Below the pieces are notes generated by a model, which had not been told where the DNA came from, searched no databases, and saw only the letters and a list, made by a program, of their open reading frames with translations. The translations under genes were made by a program, and so were the position numbers. From NCBI GenBank assembly GCA_002811645.1, contig PDIP01000049.1, forward strand, positions 1 to 54,293: a DNA stretch of 54,293 nt. Direction: 5' to 3'. Positions 52,001 to 54,293 of the stretch are shown here, one piece after another (the stretch's first letter is position 1; the number at the start of each line of letters is the position of its first letter). The stretch comes from Corallochytrium limacisporum Hawaii (lineage: Eukaryota; Protista; Pluriformea).

Positions 52001-52305
52001 NNNNNNNNNNNNNNNNNNNNNNNNNNNNNNNNNNNNNNNNNNNNNNNNNNNNNNNNNNNNNNNNNNNNNNNNNNNNNNNNNNNNNNNNNNNNNNNNNNNN
52101 NNNNNNNNNNNNNNNNNNNNNNNNNNNNNNNNNNNNNNNNNNNNNNNNNNNNNNNNNNNNNNNNNNNNNNNNNNNNNNNNNNNNNNNNNNNNNNNNNNNN
52201 NNNNNNNNNNNNNNNNNNNNNNNNNNNNNNNNNNNNNNNNNNNNNNNNNNNNNNNNNNNNNNNNNNNNNNNNNNNNNNNNNNNNNNNNNNNNNNNNNNNN
52301 NNNNN
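52001..52305. other. Assembly gap (N run)
   Basis: 305 Ns. Confidence 1.
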
Positions 52306-52684
52306 NGGGGGGGGGGTTGGTTACGTGACAAAGGATTGGGTGTGTTTCGGGTAGGGAACGACCCGCGAGTGCGTAGGAACGCGGGGTGGGGCAGTAATTT
52401 TTGCAAGGGGAAACTGTGCCCGACACACCGCAAGAATTTCTTGGCGCATTCCGAATGAATACCGTCGTTGGGTATGACATGAACGCACCCACCGAACGTC
52501 TAATGGTGACGACGACAATACTGATGTCGATGATGTGGAGATGGACTATTGGCCTGCACGCAGCTATTAAAACAACGGACGTGGCGTGTAGAAACGATCA
52601 GTGTTCTATTGAAGTAGACAAGAAATTTGCCACAGACCTATGTACAAATGTATGTTACAGACCTAGATAACTGACTCTTTGACC

Positions 52685-53740
52685 ATGAAAGCTGTTGTTT
52701 TCTCAAAATATGGGCCACCTGAGGTGCTGACCATGACGAATGATCACCCAAAGCCGGTGCCCAAAGCCAATCAAGTGCTGATCCGCAACCACGCCACTAC
52801 CGTGACTCAGGGTGACTGGCATGTTCGTGCCGCAGATCCGTTTATGGTGCGCATGATGTTTGGCTTCTTCTCACCGAAATCCAGCGTTCGTGTCCTCGGA
52901 TGCGATTTTTCTGGTGAAATAGAAGCCGTCGGTAAGGATGTGACCGAGTTCAAGGTCGGCGACCGCGTCTTTGGTGAATCGGAGAGCTTTGGAGGGTACG
53001 CAGAGTATCTCACTGTCCCGGCGAACGGACCGATGGCTAGAATTCCTGACGACCTCGAATATAACGCAGCTGCTGCGGTACCCACGGGCGGACTGACAGC
53101 CCTCCATTTTCTTCGCAAAGCGGAAGTCAAAGCGGGACAACATGTGTTAGTGTTTGGCGCGGGCGGTGCTGTTGGATCCTACGCAGTCCAACTCGCGAAA
53201 CACTCGTTTGAATGTACTGTTACGGCCGTCTGTTCGGGATCTAAGTCGGAATACGTTCGGTCTCTGGGTGCCGACCAAGTGATCGACTACACTCAGACAA
53301 AGTTCTACGAGAACCGTACTGAGAGCAGTCCACGGTATGACATAATCTTTGATTGCGCAGGAATCTGCGGAGATCTCACTTTCAAGGCTTGTCGCGACTG
53401 CCTCTCTGACAATGGCGTGTATTTGACTGTCGCCATGGATGGCAGTATCCTCTGGCAGCAATTTCGATCGCCCAAAGCAGGTCAAGGCAAGCGGTTGATC
53501 ACAGATATTTGCAAGCCAACGCAGGATATGGTTAAGTTCATGGCTGACCAGTTAGAAACTGGGAAGATCAAGGCCATCATCGACTCTGTGCACAGCTTGG
53601 ATGAGATCCAGGAGATGCACCGTTACGTACAGACAGGACAGAAGAGAGGCTCCGTGATCATTGACATCGACTCTGAGACTGCTGGCACTGGTACTACTGA
53701 GAGTTCCAAAGAGGGTCAGCAGACCGCGACTGCTGCATGA
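52685..53740 (+). CDS. Zinc-independent medium-chain dehydrogenase/reductase (quinone oxidoreductase-like)
   Basis: MKAVVFSKYGPPEVL, LGCDFSG, FKVGDRVFG, GGYAEY, AAAVPTGGLTA, GAGGAVG, LGADQVIDY; first ATG at 52685. Confidence 0.9.
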   Translation: MKAVVFSKYGPPEVLTMTNDHPKPVPKANQVLIRNHATTVTQGDWHVRAADPFMVRMMFGFFSPKSSVRVLGCDFSGEIEAVGKDVTEFKVGDRVFGESESFGGYAEYLTVPANGPMARIPDDLEYNAAAAVPTGGLTALHFLRKAEVKAGQHVLVFGAGGAVGSYAVQLAKHSFECTVTAVCSGSKSEYVRSLGADQVIDYTQTKFYENRTESSPRYDIIFDCAGICGDLTFKACRDCLSDNGVYLTVAMDGSILWQQFRSPKAGQGKRLITDICKPTQDMVKFMADQLETGKIKAIIDSVHSLDEIQEMHRYVQTGQKRGSVIIDIDSETAGTGTTESSKEGQQTATAA

Positions 53741-54293
53741 GAGGAAATGGAACCGACGGGTAGACATCGTAGCAGCGATGGCTTCTTAGTTTTGGTTGTC
53801 GTAACGTATTTCTTGAGTCCTTCCTGTCAGAAGCCGGATGGCCTGCGGTTCGAAGCGATCCGATTCTGAATAAACAATTCGTCTGGGGGTGCGCCCATTG
53901 CATCGACTCCTTAGGAGTGTGTCTGTAATCAATGTACCGACGGTTGAATTCAAACAAGGGCCTAATTTAACACCAGGTGCGATGAGAGGGGGTTTCCCAA
54001 TTACCAGCCGCTTCGAAGGCCTTTTTGTGCTCAGCAGCCGGGGCCTATTTTATGACGTCCGAAAACCCAAGGAGTAACGAAAAATGTAATTTGTGTCGTC
54101 AAATGGGCCCGGGGTCCTCACCGACAGCCTACTTTGCACCGATTGTCAACTGCTCTTTTGCAAGTCGTATTTCGCCGCGGTGCTTTTTGGAACCCGTCCG
54201 AAGTTTGGGCTGCAATACCTGACAACTAAGAAGTACCACCCTCTGTCTGGTATGTCAGGGTCAAAACTCCGAAAAACTTGACTCCCGAGGATC

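Noticed and set aside
1-54293. CRISPR arrays, transposases, reverse transcriptases, rRNA
   Set aside because: No repeat-spacer arrays or recognisable motifs seen

Overview
Compact eukaryotic genomic DNA with two assembly gaps (24097-24676, 52001-52305) and 17 long, apparently intron-free CDSs. The ankyrin-AAA+ CLPB/Skd3, lamin-like protein, two-cassette membrane adenylyl cyclase, BRM/SMARCA2-4 and NECAP suggest a unicellular holozoan; an intron-poor lineage such as Corallochytrium would fit, but this is inference. Gene order: cNMP-binding-domain adenylyl cyclase, HhH-GPD/EndoIII glycosylase, FMO, ePHD protein, lamin-like protein, a three-gene carotenoid cluster (phytoene synthase plus two different CrtI-family desaturases), degenerate AAA ATPase, BRM, MnmE/GTPBP3, NECAP, ERCC4/HhH2-like protein, POLE2, CLPB, cytosolic MDH and a bacterial-like MDR oxidoreductase. 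The highlights are (1) the carotenoid cluster, probably mosaic and horizontally acquired, whose three enzymes all carry C-terminal hydrophobic tails; (2) an unannotated ~460-nt highly structured + strand ncRNA candidate at 49685-50141; (3) the CNB-fused adenylyl cyclase; (4) an atypical lamin. All family calls are from motif recognition by eye; no searches were run.
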